A stretch of 64,000 bases of DNA, taken from contig NZ_JAVVZM010000008.1 of NCBI RefSeq assembly GCF_036650535.1, positions 16,334 to 80,333 of the forward strand, read 5' to 3'. Under the pieces are notes generated by a model. The model searched no databases, had not been told where the DNA came from, and saw nothing but the letters and a program-made list of their open reading frames with translations. The position numbers and the translations under genes are program-made. The DNA comes from Chryseobacterium sp. Its GTDB lineage: Bacteria > Bacteroidota > Bacteroidia > Flavobacteriales > Weeksellaceae. Positions 46,085 through 56,293 of this stretch are shown here, in pieces (the first letter of the stretch is position 1; every line of letters starts with the position of its first letter).

Positions 46085-46526
46085 ATGGAAAAATTAGCTC
46101 ATGCTTCTTTGGAAGATTTTTATCTTGAAATGACTAAAGGACTGGGAAAAGATATGGAAAGTATCTTCCCGAAAGGTCTTCACAAAGATATTGGCCATTT
46201 TAATGTATTTGATATTGCACAGACTATTGCCAATATCAAGTATAGAATCTTCGAGCCAACGGATTCAGCTGAAAGTAGCCAATGATTTTGCAGAAAGATT
46301 ATCCATTCATGTCAATTATTTAAATAAGAATTTAAAAGAAAATACAGGAAAAACGACCACCGAATTTATTGCAGACCGATTGGTTCAGGAGGCTAAGATT
46401 CTTTTAAAGCAAACCAACTGGAATATTTCTGAGATTTCCTATGCTTTAGGTTTTGAAGAGATTGCTCATTTTTCTAATTTCTTTAAACGGAAAACTGCAT
46501 TTACACCCATGGAATTTAGGGCCTGA
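46085..46526 (+). pseudogene. AraC-family regulator with internal deletion and frameshift
   Basis: N-terminus MEKLAHASLEDFY...HFNVFDIAQTIA (frame of ORF 46016-46285) switches near 46230-46240 to a different frame encoding the C-terminal HTH (FAERLSIHVNYLN...LGFEEIAHFSNFFK). The total of 442 bp is about half a normal AraC. Confidence 0.85.
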
Positions 46527-46612
46527 TTTGAATTTTGCAAATTTTAGATTGATTGGAGTAAATAAATAAATCTGAAATTGACTCAACTTTGTACCATCAA
46601 AAAAAATCAATT

Positions 46613-47377
46613 ATGGAAAACAAAACAAAAATTGCCCTTGTTACAGGAGCAAGTCGTGGATTAGGAAAAAATTCAGCGTTAAAAATTGCACAAAAAGGTC
46701 TTGATGTAATCATTACTTACAACAGTAATAAGGAAGAAGCTGAAAAAGTGGTGGCAGAAATTGAAGCTTTAGGTCAAAAAGCAATCGCATACCAATTGGA
46801 TACAAGAAATACAAAAAGTTTTGAAGAATTTGTAAAGAATATAGGTGATTATTTGGAGAAAAATACAGGAAACCGAAATATAGATTTTCTAATTAATAAT
46901 GCCGGAACCGCTTTATATGCTCCCATCACAGATACTACGGAAGAACAACTGGACGAAATGGTGGATATTCACTTCAAAGGAGTTTTCTTTTTAACTCAGA
47001 AATTTTTGCCTTTCATTAATGATGGTGGTGGAATTGTAAATATCTCTTCAGGCTTGGCGAGATTTGTCTTGCCAGGTTCATCTGTTTATGGTTCGTTAAA
47101 AGCTGGAGTCGAAATGATGACTAAATATCTGGCAAAAGAATTGGGAGCAAGAAAAATTAAAGCAAACGTGGTCGCTCCGGGCGCTATTGAAACTGATTTT
47201 GGAGGCGGAAGAACCCGTGACGATAAAAATATGAATGCATTGGTGGCAAACAATACAGCTTTAGGTAGAGCCGGTCTTCCCGATGATATTGGCGGAGTGG
47301 TTGCATTTTTATGCACCGAAGATGCACGTTGGATCACGGCTCAAAGAATTGAAGTTTCCGGCGGAATGTTTTTTTAA
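46613..47377 (+). CDS. Classical SDR oxidoreductase
   Basis: TGASRGLG, NNAG, YGSLK and PGAIETDFG motifs; start placed at ATG 46613. Confidence 0.93.
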   Translation: MENKTKIALVTGASRGLGKNSALKIAQKGLDVIITYNSNKEEAEKVVAEIEALGQKAIAYQLDTRNTKSFEEFVKNIGDYLEKNTGNRNIDFLINNAGTALYAPITDTTEEQLDEMVDIHFKGVFFLTQKFLPFINDGGGIVNISSGLARFVLPGSSVYGSLKAGVEMMTKYLAKELGARKIKANVVAPGAIETDFGGGRTRDDKNMNALVANNTALGRAGLPDDIGGVVAFLCTEDARWITAQRIEVSGGMFF

Positions 47378-47458
47378 AATAATATAAGGAGTCGAAAATA
47401 TTGGCTCCTTTTTGTTATCTTTAATAGATGAAATGACATTAGATTCAGCGATAATTTT

Positions 47459-48928
47459 ATGATGATTAAAGAGTTTTTAGATCAGTTTCCTTATATTTTG
47501 GTTGGGATTGAAATTTTATACTTTGCAGGTGTTTTTTTTCTTGCAGCTAAAATTATTATAGATACAAAGACCACGAGTAAGACGCTGGCTTATCTTATGC
47601 TGATTGTTTTCCTTCCTTTTGTAGGGATTATCATCTACTTTGTATTTGGCGTCAATTATCGAAAGAATAAATTTTACACTTTTAAAATTGAAGGGAATGA
47701 TGAAGTTTTCAGACGAGGTTTACAATATGTTAAAGAAACTCATTACGCAACGCTTAATAGCAGGAAAGAAGAATTGGATAAGTTCATAACCACGATTAAT
47801 TTTCTTTATCATTCGGGGTTTTCACCTTTAACGCAGGAAAACGAAGTAGAAGTATTGGTGAATGGAGAAGAAAAGTTTGCTAAAGTGTTTGAGGTCATCA
47901 AAAAGGCAAAACATCACATCCATTTAGAATATTACATCTACGAAAATGATGATATTGGAAATAAACTGGCTGATCTACTTGTGCTAAAAGCAAAGAATGG
48001 AGTAGTCGTTCGTTTTCTTTATGATGATATGGGTAGTGGGAAAATAGGGAAAAAGCTATTAAACAGATTAAAAGAAGCGGGTGTAGAAACTTCTCCCGTT
48101 AATAAAATTACTTTTCGAGTTTTTGCCAACAGAGTAAATTATCGAGATCACAGAAAAATTATTATTGTAGACGGAAAAGAAGTTTTCACGGGTGGTATCA
48201 ATGTTTCGGATAAATACATTAATCCTAATTCCAAACAATATTGGCGCGATATTCATTTGTATATTAAGGGAAATGGTGCTTTTTATTTTCAGTATTTATT
48301 CTTAAGCAACTGGACTTTTGCTACTGAAAAAATCCCCAAATTATCGCAGGAATATTTTAAATATGAAAATTTAGGTTCGGAAAATAAAATCGTACAGGTC
48401 GCAGCCAGCGGACCCGATACAAAACCTTCTATCATGCTGAGTACAACTTCGGCTATTCTTTCGGCCAAAGAAAAAGTATATATCGTGACGCCTTATTTTA
48501 TTCCGGTGGAAACTGTTTTGAATGCGATAAAGCAAGTGGCACTTTCAGGTCTGGATGTGAGATTAATGGTTCCAAAATCTGGAGATTCTGTGATTGTAAA
48601 CGCAGCTGCTTACTCTTATTATGAAGAATTACTAGAGAATAATGTTCGTATTTTCTTTTACAAAAAAGGGTTTATTCATGCTAAAACAATGGTAATAGAT
48701 GATGATTTTTCTTGTGTGGGAACTGCCAATATGGATGTTCGCAGTCAGGAACTTAATTTTGAAGTAAATACACTTATTTTTGATAAAGAAGTTAATCAGA
48801 AACTACAAAGTGTATTTCTCGGAGATATTGATGATTGTGACGAAATTATATTGAATGAATGGAAAAAACGGTCAAAATATAAAGTTTTCTTCGAACATTT
48901 GGCGAGACTGCTTTCTCCACTCATCTGA
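47459..48928 (+). CDS. cls: Cardiolipin synthase
   Basis: Two HKD motifs (HRKIIIVD, HAKTMVID) and two N-terminal TM helices. Confidence 0.96.
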   Translation: MMIKEFLDQFPYILVGIEILYFAGVFFLAAKIIIDTKTTSKTLAYLMLIVFLPFVGIIIYFVFGVNYRKNKFYTFKIEGNDEVFRRGLQYVKETHYATLNSRKEELDKFITTINFLYHSGFSPLTQENEVEVLVNGEEKFAKVFEVIKKAKHHIHLEYYIYENDDIGNKLADLLVLKAKNGVVVRFLYDDMGSGKIGKKLLNRLKEAGVETSPVNKITFRVFANRVNYRDHRKIIIVDGKEVFTGGINVSDKYINPNSKQYWRDIHLYIKGNGAFYFQYLFLSNWTFATEKIPKLSQEYFKYENLGSENKIVQVAASGPDTKPSIMLSTTSAILSAKEKVYIVTPYFIPVETVLNAIKQVALSGLDVRLMVPKSGDSVIVNAAAYSYYEELLENNVRIFFYKKGFIHAKTMVIDDDFSCVGTANMDVRSQELNFEVNTLIFDKEVNQKLQSVFLGDIDDCDEIILNEWKKRSKYKVFFEHLARLLSPLI

Positions 48929-48946
48929 TTTAAATAGAATTTGAAA

Positions 48947-50095
48947 TTAAATTTTAGCTAAATTTTCAATCGCCTTTTCTAAAGTTTCATTCTTTTTTGC
49001 AAAACATAGTCTGATTACATTTTCATTGAGTTTATCTTTATAAAAAGCAGAAAACGGAATACTTGCCACTTTATGGTTAATTGTTAATTCTGTAGCGAAA
49101 TCAAAATCATTTTTATCTGAAATTTTATCGTATTTCAAAGCCTGAAAATACGTTCCTTCACAATCAAGAAGTTCGAATGAAGTTTGGGTTAAACCTTGTC
49201 TCAGAAAATCTCTTTTTTCTTGAAAAAACTGATTCAGTTGATTGTAGTGTTCGTTATTTTTCATGTATTCTCCTAAAGCCATCTGAAGAGGAGTGTTCAC
49301 GCAAAAAATATTGTATTGATGTACTTTTCTGAATTCATCGGTCAAAGCTTTTGGTGCGGCACAATATCCTATTTTCCAACCTGTGATGTGGAATAATTTC
49401 CCGAAAGAGGCAACTAATAGACTTCTTTCTTTGAGTTCAGGATATTTACAAATGCTTAAATGCTGATTTCCATCAAAAACAATATTTTCATAGACTTCGT
49501 CACTCAAAATTAAGATATCAGTGTCTTTTACGATTTTTATTAATTCCTTAATATCATTTTCTTTTAAAATCTTTCCTGAAGGATTATTAGGATTGTTCAG
49601 GATAATCATTTTTGTTTTTTCTGAAACCAAATTTTTTACAATATTCCAATCAATTTCATAATCAGGTGCTTTCATTTGAAAACGTTTTACCACTCCTCCA
49701 AAAAGTTCTACTGTTGGTTCGTAGCAATCATAAGCAGGTTCAAAAATAATTACTTCATCATCTTTTTGCACGAAAGTGGCAATGGCTGTGAAGATTGCCT
49801 GAGTTCCGCCCGCGGTAATTGTAATCTCAGATTCGGGGTGGTAAATTGCACTGTGGCTGTTCTCTATTTTCCTAGCGATTTCTTCTTTTAAACCTATAAT
49901 TCCTCCCAAAGGTGAGTATTGATTAAACCCTTTTTTGATGAAATCATTTGCTAAATTCAGTAATTCAGAATCTGTGTCAAAATCAGGAAAACCTTGTGAA
50001 AGGTTAATTGCCTGATGTTGATTGGCGAGTTGAGACATTTGGGTAAATATGGTGGTTCCTACATTGGGAAGTTTCGAAGAAGGAAGTTGTATCAT
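48947..50095 (-). CDS. PLP-dependent aminotransferase class I (methionine aminotransferase YbdL-like)
   Basis: AINLSQGFPDF, NNPNNPSG, SDEVY and SFGKLFHITGWKIGY motifs. Confidence 0.9.
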   Translation of the reverse strand: MIQLPSSKLPNVGTTIFTQMSQLANQHQAINLSQGFPDFDTDSELLNLANDFIKKGFNQYSPLGGIIGLKEEIARKIENSHSAIYHPESEITITAGGTQAIFTAIATFVQKDDEVIIFEPAYDCYEPTVELFGGVVKRFQMKAPDYEIDWNIVKNLVSEKTKMIILNNPNNPSGKILKENDIKELIKIVKDTDILILSDEVYENIVFDGNQHLSICKYPELKERSLLVASFGKLFHITGWKIGYCAAPKALTDEFRKVHQYNIFCVNTPLQMALGEYMKNNEHYNQLNQFFQEKRDFLRQGLTQTSFELLDCEGTYFQALKYDKISDKNDFDFATELTINHKVASIPFSAFYKDKLNENVIRLCFAKKNETLEKAIENLAKI

Positions 50096-50230
50096 TTAAA
50101 ATTCTTTATGAATCTAAATTAAAGCAAATTTTCAAATATTACGGTGTAAATTTCTAAAAAGAATGGTGGGTATTATTAAGATTTAGAATAAAATGTTTTT
50201 GTTTCATAATACAACAACTAAATGTTTTTT

Positions 50231-50358
50231 ACCGCAAAAGAATCAAAAGAATCAAAAGAAATATAGAAACTCAAAAGCTGACAAAATATATTACAATCTG
50301 TTTTGTTAGCTTTTGGAAGGCTTATAAGATTTCTACAATGTTTTGATTCTTTTGCGGT
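50231..50358. repeat. Palindromic dispersed element with 9-bp unit arms
   Basis: ACCGCAAAAGAATCAAAAGAATCAAAAG ... TTTTGATTCTTTTGCGGT. Confidence 0.75.
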
Positions 50359-50460
50359 TTAAAAAAATGGCATGAGCCAAAAAATATTAGTAAATTGAAA
50401 CTGAAAAATTCGGATATTTTTCGGCGTTTTTGTACTTTTGTATGTTTGCTGAAATAATAT

Positions 50461-52344
50461 ATGTCACAAGAAATACAACCTATCTATTCTGAAGATAATA
50501 TCAGAACCCTCGATTGGCAGGAACATATCCGTTTGCGTCCCGGTATGTATATCGGAAAGCTTGGCGATGGCTCGTCTGCTGATGATGGTATTTATATTTT
50601 ACTGAAAGAAATTCTGGATAATTCGATTGATGAATTTAGAATGAAATCGGGTAAAAGAATTGAAATAAAAGTCGATGACGGAAAAGTAATGATTCGAGAT
50701 TTTGGTCGTGGAATTCCTCTAGGGAAAGTGGTCGATGCTGTTTCAAAAATGAATACCGGAGGTAAATATGACAGCAAGGCGTTTAAAAAATCTGTTGGTT
50801 TAAATGGTGTCGGCACAAAAGCAGTGAATGCACTTTCAGATTATTTCCGTGTGCGTTCTTTCCGTGACGGTAAAATGAAAATTGCAGAATTTTCGAGAGG
50901 TTTAATAACCGAAGAACACGAAGAAAAAGAAACTTCAGACAGAAACGGGACTGAAATTTTATTTACTCCTGATTCTGAAATTTTTCTTCACTATAAATAT
51001 CGAAAAGAGTATATCGAAAGAATGCTCCGCAATTATGCGTACCTGAATCCGGGATTGAAAATTATTTTTAATGGCGAAACTTTCTATTCCGAAAACGGTT
51101 TGAAAGATTTGTTGGATGAAGAGCTTGAAAACGAAACACTTTACCCAATTATTCACCTGAAAGATAATGATATTGAAGTAGCGATTACCCATACCGATAA
51201 ATCGCAGACAGAAACGTATTTTTCATTCGTTAACGGACAAAATACAACGCAGGGTGGAACGCATTTGAATGCTTTCCGTGAAGCATATGTAAAAACCATC
51301 AGAGAATTTTTTAATAAAAATTTTGATGCTTCTGATATAAGAAAATCAATTGTTGCAGCCATTTCAATTAATGTTGAAGAACCGGTTTTTGAATCTCAGA
51401 CGAAAACAAAATTAGGTTCGAATGATATGGGGCCAAACGGGCCAACAGTTCGTACGTTTATCATTGATTTCTTAAAAAATAAATTAGATAATTTCTTACA
51501 TAAAAATCCTGAAATTGCAGAAGCGATTCAGAGAAAAATTTTAATTTCAGAAAGAGAAAGAAAAGAACTTTCGGGAATTCAAAAACTGGCAAGAGAAAGA
51601 GCAAAAAAAGTATCGCTTCACAATAAAAAGCTTCGTGACTGCAGACAGCATTACAATGACCAAAAAGCAGAAAGAAAAGCAGAAACCCAAATCTTTATAA
51701 CCGAGGGAGATTCTGCATCTGGATCAATTACAAAATCAAGAGATGTCGATACGCAAGCTGTGTTTTCATTAAAAGGTAAACCATTAAACTGTTATGGTTT
51801 AACGAAGAAAGTAGTGTACGAAAATGAAGAATTTAACTTGCTGCAAGCTGCTTTAAATATTGAAGAAAGTCTTGAAGATTTACGTTACAATCAGGTGATT
51901 ATCGCAACTGATGCCGATGTCGACGGTATGCACATCAGGCTTTTGATGATTACATTTTTCCTTCAGTTTTTTCCGGATGTAATTAAAAACGGACATTTAT
52001 TTATTCTTCAGACTCCATTATTTAGAGTTAGAAATAAAAAAGAAACGAGATATTGCTATTCTGAGCTTGAAAGAGTGAAAGCTTTAAATGAGTTGGGCAA
52101 AAACCCTGAAATTACCAGATTTAAAGGGCTAGGAGAAATCTCACCAGATGAGTTCAAACATTTTATTGGAAAAGATATCCGTTTAGAACCAGTAGTTTTA
52201 GGAAAAGATCAGACGATTGAGCAGCTTTTAGAATTTTATATGGGTAAAAATACACCTGATCGACAAGTATTCATTCTTGAAAATTTAGTAGTTGAAGATC
52301 AAGACATTAACAAAAAAGAGATTTTGGATGAAGCAGGGGTTTAA
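50461..52344 (+). CDS. parE: DNA topoisomerase IV subunit B
   Basis: [37 protein letters not shown] and RFKGLGE motifs; TACTTTTG -7 box at 50433-50440. Confidence 0.93.
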   Translation: MSQEIQPIYSEDNIRTLDWQEHIRLRPGMYIGKLGDGSSADDGIYILLKEILDNSIDEFRMKSGKRIEIKVDDGKVMIRDFGRGIPLGKVVDAVSKMNTGGKYDSKAFKKSVGLNGVGTKAVNALSDYFRVRSFRDGKMKIAEFSRGLITEEHEEKETSDRNGTEILFTPDSEIFLHYKYRKEYIERMLRNYAYLNPGLKIIFNGETFYSENGLKDLLDEELENETLYPIIHLKDNDIEVAITHTDKSQTETYFSFVNGQNTTQGGTHLNAFREAYVKTIREFFNKNFDASDIRKSIVAAISINVEEPVFESQTKTKLGSNDMGPNGPTVRTFIIDFLKNKLDNFLHKNPEIAEAIQRKILISERERKELSGIQKLARERAKKVSLHNKKLRDCRQHYNDQKAERKAETQIFITEGDSASGSITKSRDVDTQAVFSLKGKPLNCYGLTKKVVYENEEFNLLQAALNIEESLEDLRYNQVIIATDADVDGMHIRLLMITFFLQFFPDVIKNGHLFILQTPLFRVRNKKETRYCYSELERVKALNELGKNPEITRFKGLGEISPDEFKHFIGKDIRLEPVVLGKDQTIEQLLEFYMGKNTPDRQVFILENLVVEDQDINKKEILDEAGV

Positions 52345-52383
52345 TAAATATAAAAATTAATCCTGTACAAAACTAAAATAAAT

Positions 52384-52869
52384 ATGATAAGGCTAAGTAA
52401 TAAGAAAAAAACGCCTTTGTATCGTTTTTTTAATATCATATTATTGATGATACTATTGGGCGGATGCATCGGTTTTATTGTAGATAAGATAAGGTTTAAT
52501 ATTTTAGATGAAAAAAGTTGTTTTTTAATCATTGTTCCTATTATATTATTGATTGTTATTCATTTACATGGGAGACAGATTTTTGAATATGACAGTGAAG
52601 GGGAAGCGATTCATTTTAGAAATAGAAATATTATTCCTTTTTTAAATAAACCTCAAAGTGATGAATTTCCAAAATATAAACTGGTAAAATTTGATGTGTT
52701 TTCTGTTTTGTTTTTCAAAAGACTTTACATAACCATTTCAAGCAAAAATTCTGGTACAACAACCTTAAAATATGAAATTTCATATTTAACGAGAAAAGAA
52801 GTCAACGACTTAAAGACATCTCTCAACAAAATAATTATAGCTAATAAAGAGAAAAGACATCAAGAATAA
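52384..52869 (+). CDS. Hypothetical membrane protein between parE and parC
   Basis: 161 aa, two TM helices followed by a soluble domain; 3 nt before the parC start. Confidence 0.65.
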   Translation: MIRLSNKKKTPLYRFFNIILLMILLGGCIGFIVDKIRFNILDEKSCFLIIVPIILLIVIHLHGRQIFEYDSEGEAIHFRNRNIIPFLNKPQSDEFPKYKLVKFDVFSVLFFKRLYITISSKNSGTTTLKYEISYLTRKEVNDLKTSLNKIIIANKEKRHQE

Positions 52870-52872
52870 GTA

Positions 52873-55458
52873 ATGATAGAAGACAACTCTCACGAAGGCG
52901 AAAGCTTAAAAAAAGTTTCAGGACTGTACAAAGACTGGTTTCTGGATTATGCATCTTATGTAATTTTAGATAGAGCCATTCCATCTGTTTATGATGGTTT
53001 AAAGCCTGTGCAGCGTAGAATCATGCATTCTATGCGAGAATTAGAAGATGGGCGCTACAATAAAGTAGCTAATATCGTAGGAAACACGATGAAATATCAC
53101 CCTCATGGTGATGCATCAATCACCGATGCAATGGTGGGAATTGGGCAGAGAGAATTGCTGATTGATACTCAGGGAAACTGGGGAAACATTTATACAGGAG
53201 ATTCTGCAGCAGCAGCAAGATATATTGAGGCAAGATTAACACCCTTTGCTTTGGAAGTAGTTTTTAATCCTAAAACTACAGAGTGGTCTAAATCCTATGA
53301 CGGGAGAAATAACGAACCTGTAGATTTACCGGTAAAATTTCCGTTGCTTTTGGCACAAGGGGTTGAAGGAATCGGAGTGGGGCTTTCGACTAAAATTCTT
53401 CCGCATAATTTTAACGAATTGATTTCGGCTTCTGTTGCTTATTTAAAAGGAAAGAGCTTTCAGGTTTTTCCTGATTTTCTTACAGCAGGATTTCTTGATG
53501 TTTCAGAATATAATGATGGCCACAGAGGAGGAAAAGTAAGAGCGAGAGCCAAAATTTCTCAGGTTGATAAACATACGTTGATGATTTCTGAGCTTCCTTT
53601 TTCTAAAACGACAACAGACTTAATTGACTCTGTTTTAAAAGCGAATGAAAAAGGGAAGATTAAAATCAAAAAAATTGAAGACAATACTTCAGATAAAGTA
53701 GAGATTCTAATCTATCTTCACAACGAAGTTTCGCCAGATAAAACAATCGATGCTTTGTATGCATTTACCGACTGTCAGGTTACCATTTCGCCAAATGCCT
53801 GTGTAATTGTTGGTGACAAACCAATGTTCCTGGATGTTTCTACCATTCTTAAAATGAATACCGACCATACAGTTTCTTTGTTGAAGAAAGAACTGGAAAT
53901 CGAACTTCATGAATTGCAGGAAAACTGGCATTTTTCATCATTGGAAAGAATTTTTATTGAAAACAGGATTTACCACGACATTGAAGAGGTAAAAAGCTGG
54001 GAAGAAGTTCTGAAAACAATTGATGCAGGTTTAAAACCTCACACTGCCCATCTTTTAAGAGCGGTTACCGAAGAAGATATTTTAAGACTTACTGAAATTA
54101 GAATTAAAAGAATTTCAAGATTCGATTTAGATAAATTTAAAGAAAATATAGCTTCATTAGAAGGGAAAATAGAGCAGGTAAGATTCCATTTGGCCAACCT
54201 TATTGCCTATGCGATTGATTATTATCTGAATATTCAGAAAAAATACGGAAAAGACAGAGAAAGAAAAACGGAATTAAGAATTTTTGATACTATTGATGCA
54301 TCAAAAGTAGCCGTTGCCAACGAAAAATTCTATGCTAATTTTGAAGAAGGTTTCATTGGAACTTCTTTGAAAAAAGACCAATATTTATTTGACTGTTCGG
54401 ATATTGATGATATTATTACATTCAGAAAAGACGGAAGCATGAAAGTCGTAAAAGTGGAAGCTAAAACTTTTATCGGAAAAGATATTCAACACGTTGCAAT
54501 CTGGAAAAAGAATGATAAACGCACCGTCTACAACATGATTTACCGTGAAGGAAGAGACGGCCCCTATTATATGAAACGTTTTTCGGTAACTGCGGTTACC
54601 AGAAATACAGATTATGCTTTAGGTTCTGATAAAAGAGGTTCTGATATGCTTTATTTTTCGGCAAACCCGAATGGTGAAGCTGAAGTGGTAACTGTTTTAT
54701 TGAAGCCCAATCCTAGAATCAGAAAAAATAAAATGGAAATCGATTTCTCTGAATTAGCCATTAAAGGAAGGGATTCAAGAGGAAATTTGGTAACCAAATA
54801 TTCCGTAAAGAAAGTTGATCTGAAAGAAGAAGGGGTTTCTACTTTAGCTCCGAGAAAAATATGGTTTGATGAGACGGTAAGAAGACTCAACGCAGATGCA
54901 AGAGGAACTTTACTGGGAAATTTTAAAGGTGACGATAAAATCTTAATCATTAATGCTCAGGGTGAAGCAAAACTGATAAGCTTTGATTTAGGAAATCGTT
55001 TTGATGACGAATATATTATTCTTGAAAAATGGCGTCCTCATCAGCCGGTAACTTGTATTTATTACGACGGGGAAAAGGATATGTATTTCATCAAAAGATT
55101 TTTGCTTGAAAACAATACCAATCCCCAAACCTTTATGCCATCGGAGCATCCTAAATCATTTATTGAAAGAATTATTGTCGCTAATAATACGACAGCCGAA
55201 ATTATTTTTGCAAAAGATAAAGGAAAAGACCGAGAATCTGAAACGGTAAACATCGACGAATTTATTGCTGTAAAAGGAATTAAAGCAATCGGAAATCAAT
55301 TTACAAAATTTAAGGTTAAAAACATTAACATCACCATTCCTGAACCTGAAGAAGAAGAGCCGGAAGTATACGAAGAACCAGATTTTACTCCTTCAGCAGA
55401 TGATGGAACAATCGGAAATTTGTTTGGAAGTGATGATAACGAAAATACTACAGAATGA
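52873..55458 (+). CDS. parC: DNA topoisomerase IV subunit A
   Basis: DGLKPVQRR, KYHPHGD and AAARYIEARL (catalytic Tyr) motifs; acidic tail. Confidence 0.93.
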   Translation: MIEDNSHEGESLKKVSGLYKDWFLDYASYVILDRAIPSVYDGLKPVQRRIMHSMRELEDGRYNKVANIVGNTMKYHPHGDASITDAMVGIGQRELLIDTQGNWGNIYTGDSAAAARYIEARLTPFALEVVFNPKTTEWSKSYDGRNNEPVDLPVKFPLLLAQGVEGIGVGLSTKILPHNFNELISASVAYLKGKSFQVFPDFLTAGFLDVSEYNDGHRGGKVRARAKISQVDKHTLMISELPFSKTTTDLIDSVLKANEKGKIKIKKIEDNTSDKVEILIYLHNEVSPDKTIDALYAFTDCQVTISPNACVIVGDKPMFLDVSTILKMNTDHTVSLLKKELEIELHELQENWHFSSLERIFIENRIYHDIEEVKSWEEVLKTIDAGLKPHTAHLLRAVTEEDILRLTEIRIKRISRFDLDKFKENIASLEGKIEQVRFHLANLIAYAIDYYLNIQKKYGKDRERKTELRIFDTIDASKVAVANEKFYANFEEGFIGTSLKKDQYLFDCSDIDDIITFRKDGSMKVVKVEAKTFIGKDIQHVAIWKKNDKRTVYNMIYREGRDGPYYMKRFSVTAVTRNTDYALGSDKRGSDMLYFSANPNGEAEVVTVLLKPNPRIRKNKMEIDFSELAIKGRDSRGNLVTKYSVKKVDLKEEGVSTLAPRKIWFDETVRRLNADARGTLLGNFKGDDKILIINAQGEAKLISFDLGNRFDDEYIILEKWRPHQPVTCIYYDGEKDMYFIKRFLLENNTNPQTFMPSEHPKSFIERIIVANNTTAEIIFAKDKGKDRESETVNIDEFIAVKGIKAIGNQFTKFKVKNINITIPEPEEEEPEVYEEPDFTPSADDGTIGNLFGSDDNENTTE

Positions 55459-56108
55459 ATATCATAATATTAGTTATTGCTATTACTGCAATTATCAGCT
55501 TTATCGCGTTTAATAATAAAGAAATATTTGAAAAATACAAATTCAATGTAGGTGCAATTACGCACAGAAAAGAATATGTCAGAATACTTTCTGCAGGATT
55601 TCTGCATGCAGATATCATGCATTTATTATTTAATATGATGACCTTATATTTCTTCGGTCCTGTAATTTTAGAAGGATTTGGGAATATAGGATTTCTTATT
55701 ATTTATTTTGGGTCTATTCTTTTAGGAAATATTTTTTCATTATTTATTTATCAAAAGCAGCCGTGGTATTCAGCAATTGGAGCGAGTGGCGGCGTTTCAG
55801 GGGTTTTATTTGCAGCGATTGCAATGATGCCCAATATCGGAATTTACTTCTTTTTCATACCTATTCCCATTCCAGGTTTTATATTTGGGTTATTATATTT
55901 CAGTTATTCTGTTTATATGATGCTTAATCCTAAACAATGGGATAATTTGGGACATGCTGCACATTTAGGAGGCGCATTTTTCGGTCTTGTTTATGCTGTG
56001 ATTGTTCAGCCTCAAAGTGCAATTGAAAATTCTTTATTTATAGGAATCATGTCACTTCCGTTGATTTATTTGGCGTACGAAATATTTATAAGAAAAAGAA
56101 TTGGCTAG
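55455..56108 (+). CDS. Rhomboid intramembrane serine protease
   Basis: HLLFNM, GASGG and HAAHLGGA motifs. Confidence 0.95.
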   Translation: MNIIILVIAITAIISFIAFNNKEIFEKYKFNVGAITHRKEYVRILSAGFLHADIMHLLFNMMTLYFFGPVILEGFGNIGFLIIYFGSILLGNIFSLFIYQKQPWYSAIGASGGVSGVLFAAIAMMPNIGIYFFFIPIPIPGFIFGLLYFSYSVYMMLNPKQWDNLGHAAHLGGAFFGLVYAVIVQPQSAIENSLFIGIMSLPLIYLAYEIFIRKRIG

Positions 56109-56293
56109 AAATTTCTAAATTCTTAAATACTAAAAACCAATGGATCTTTTCATTGGTTTTGTTTTTTTCTGTCAAAATGACGTCTCAAAATACATTATAA
56201 TCATTCGAACATCTCTTGGGATTTTATGATTAAATAAAAAATCCGCCTTCACAACTGTGAGACGGATTTCAAATAAATTTTAAAAACTAGTTA

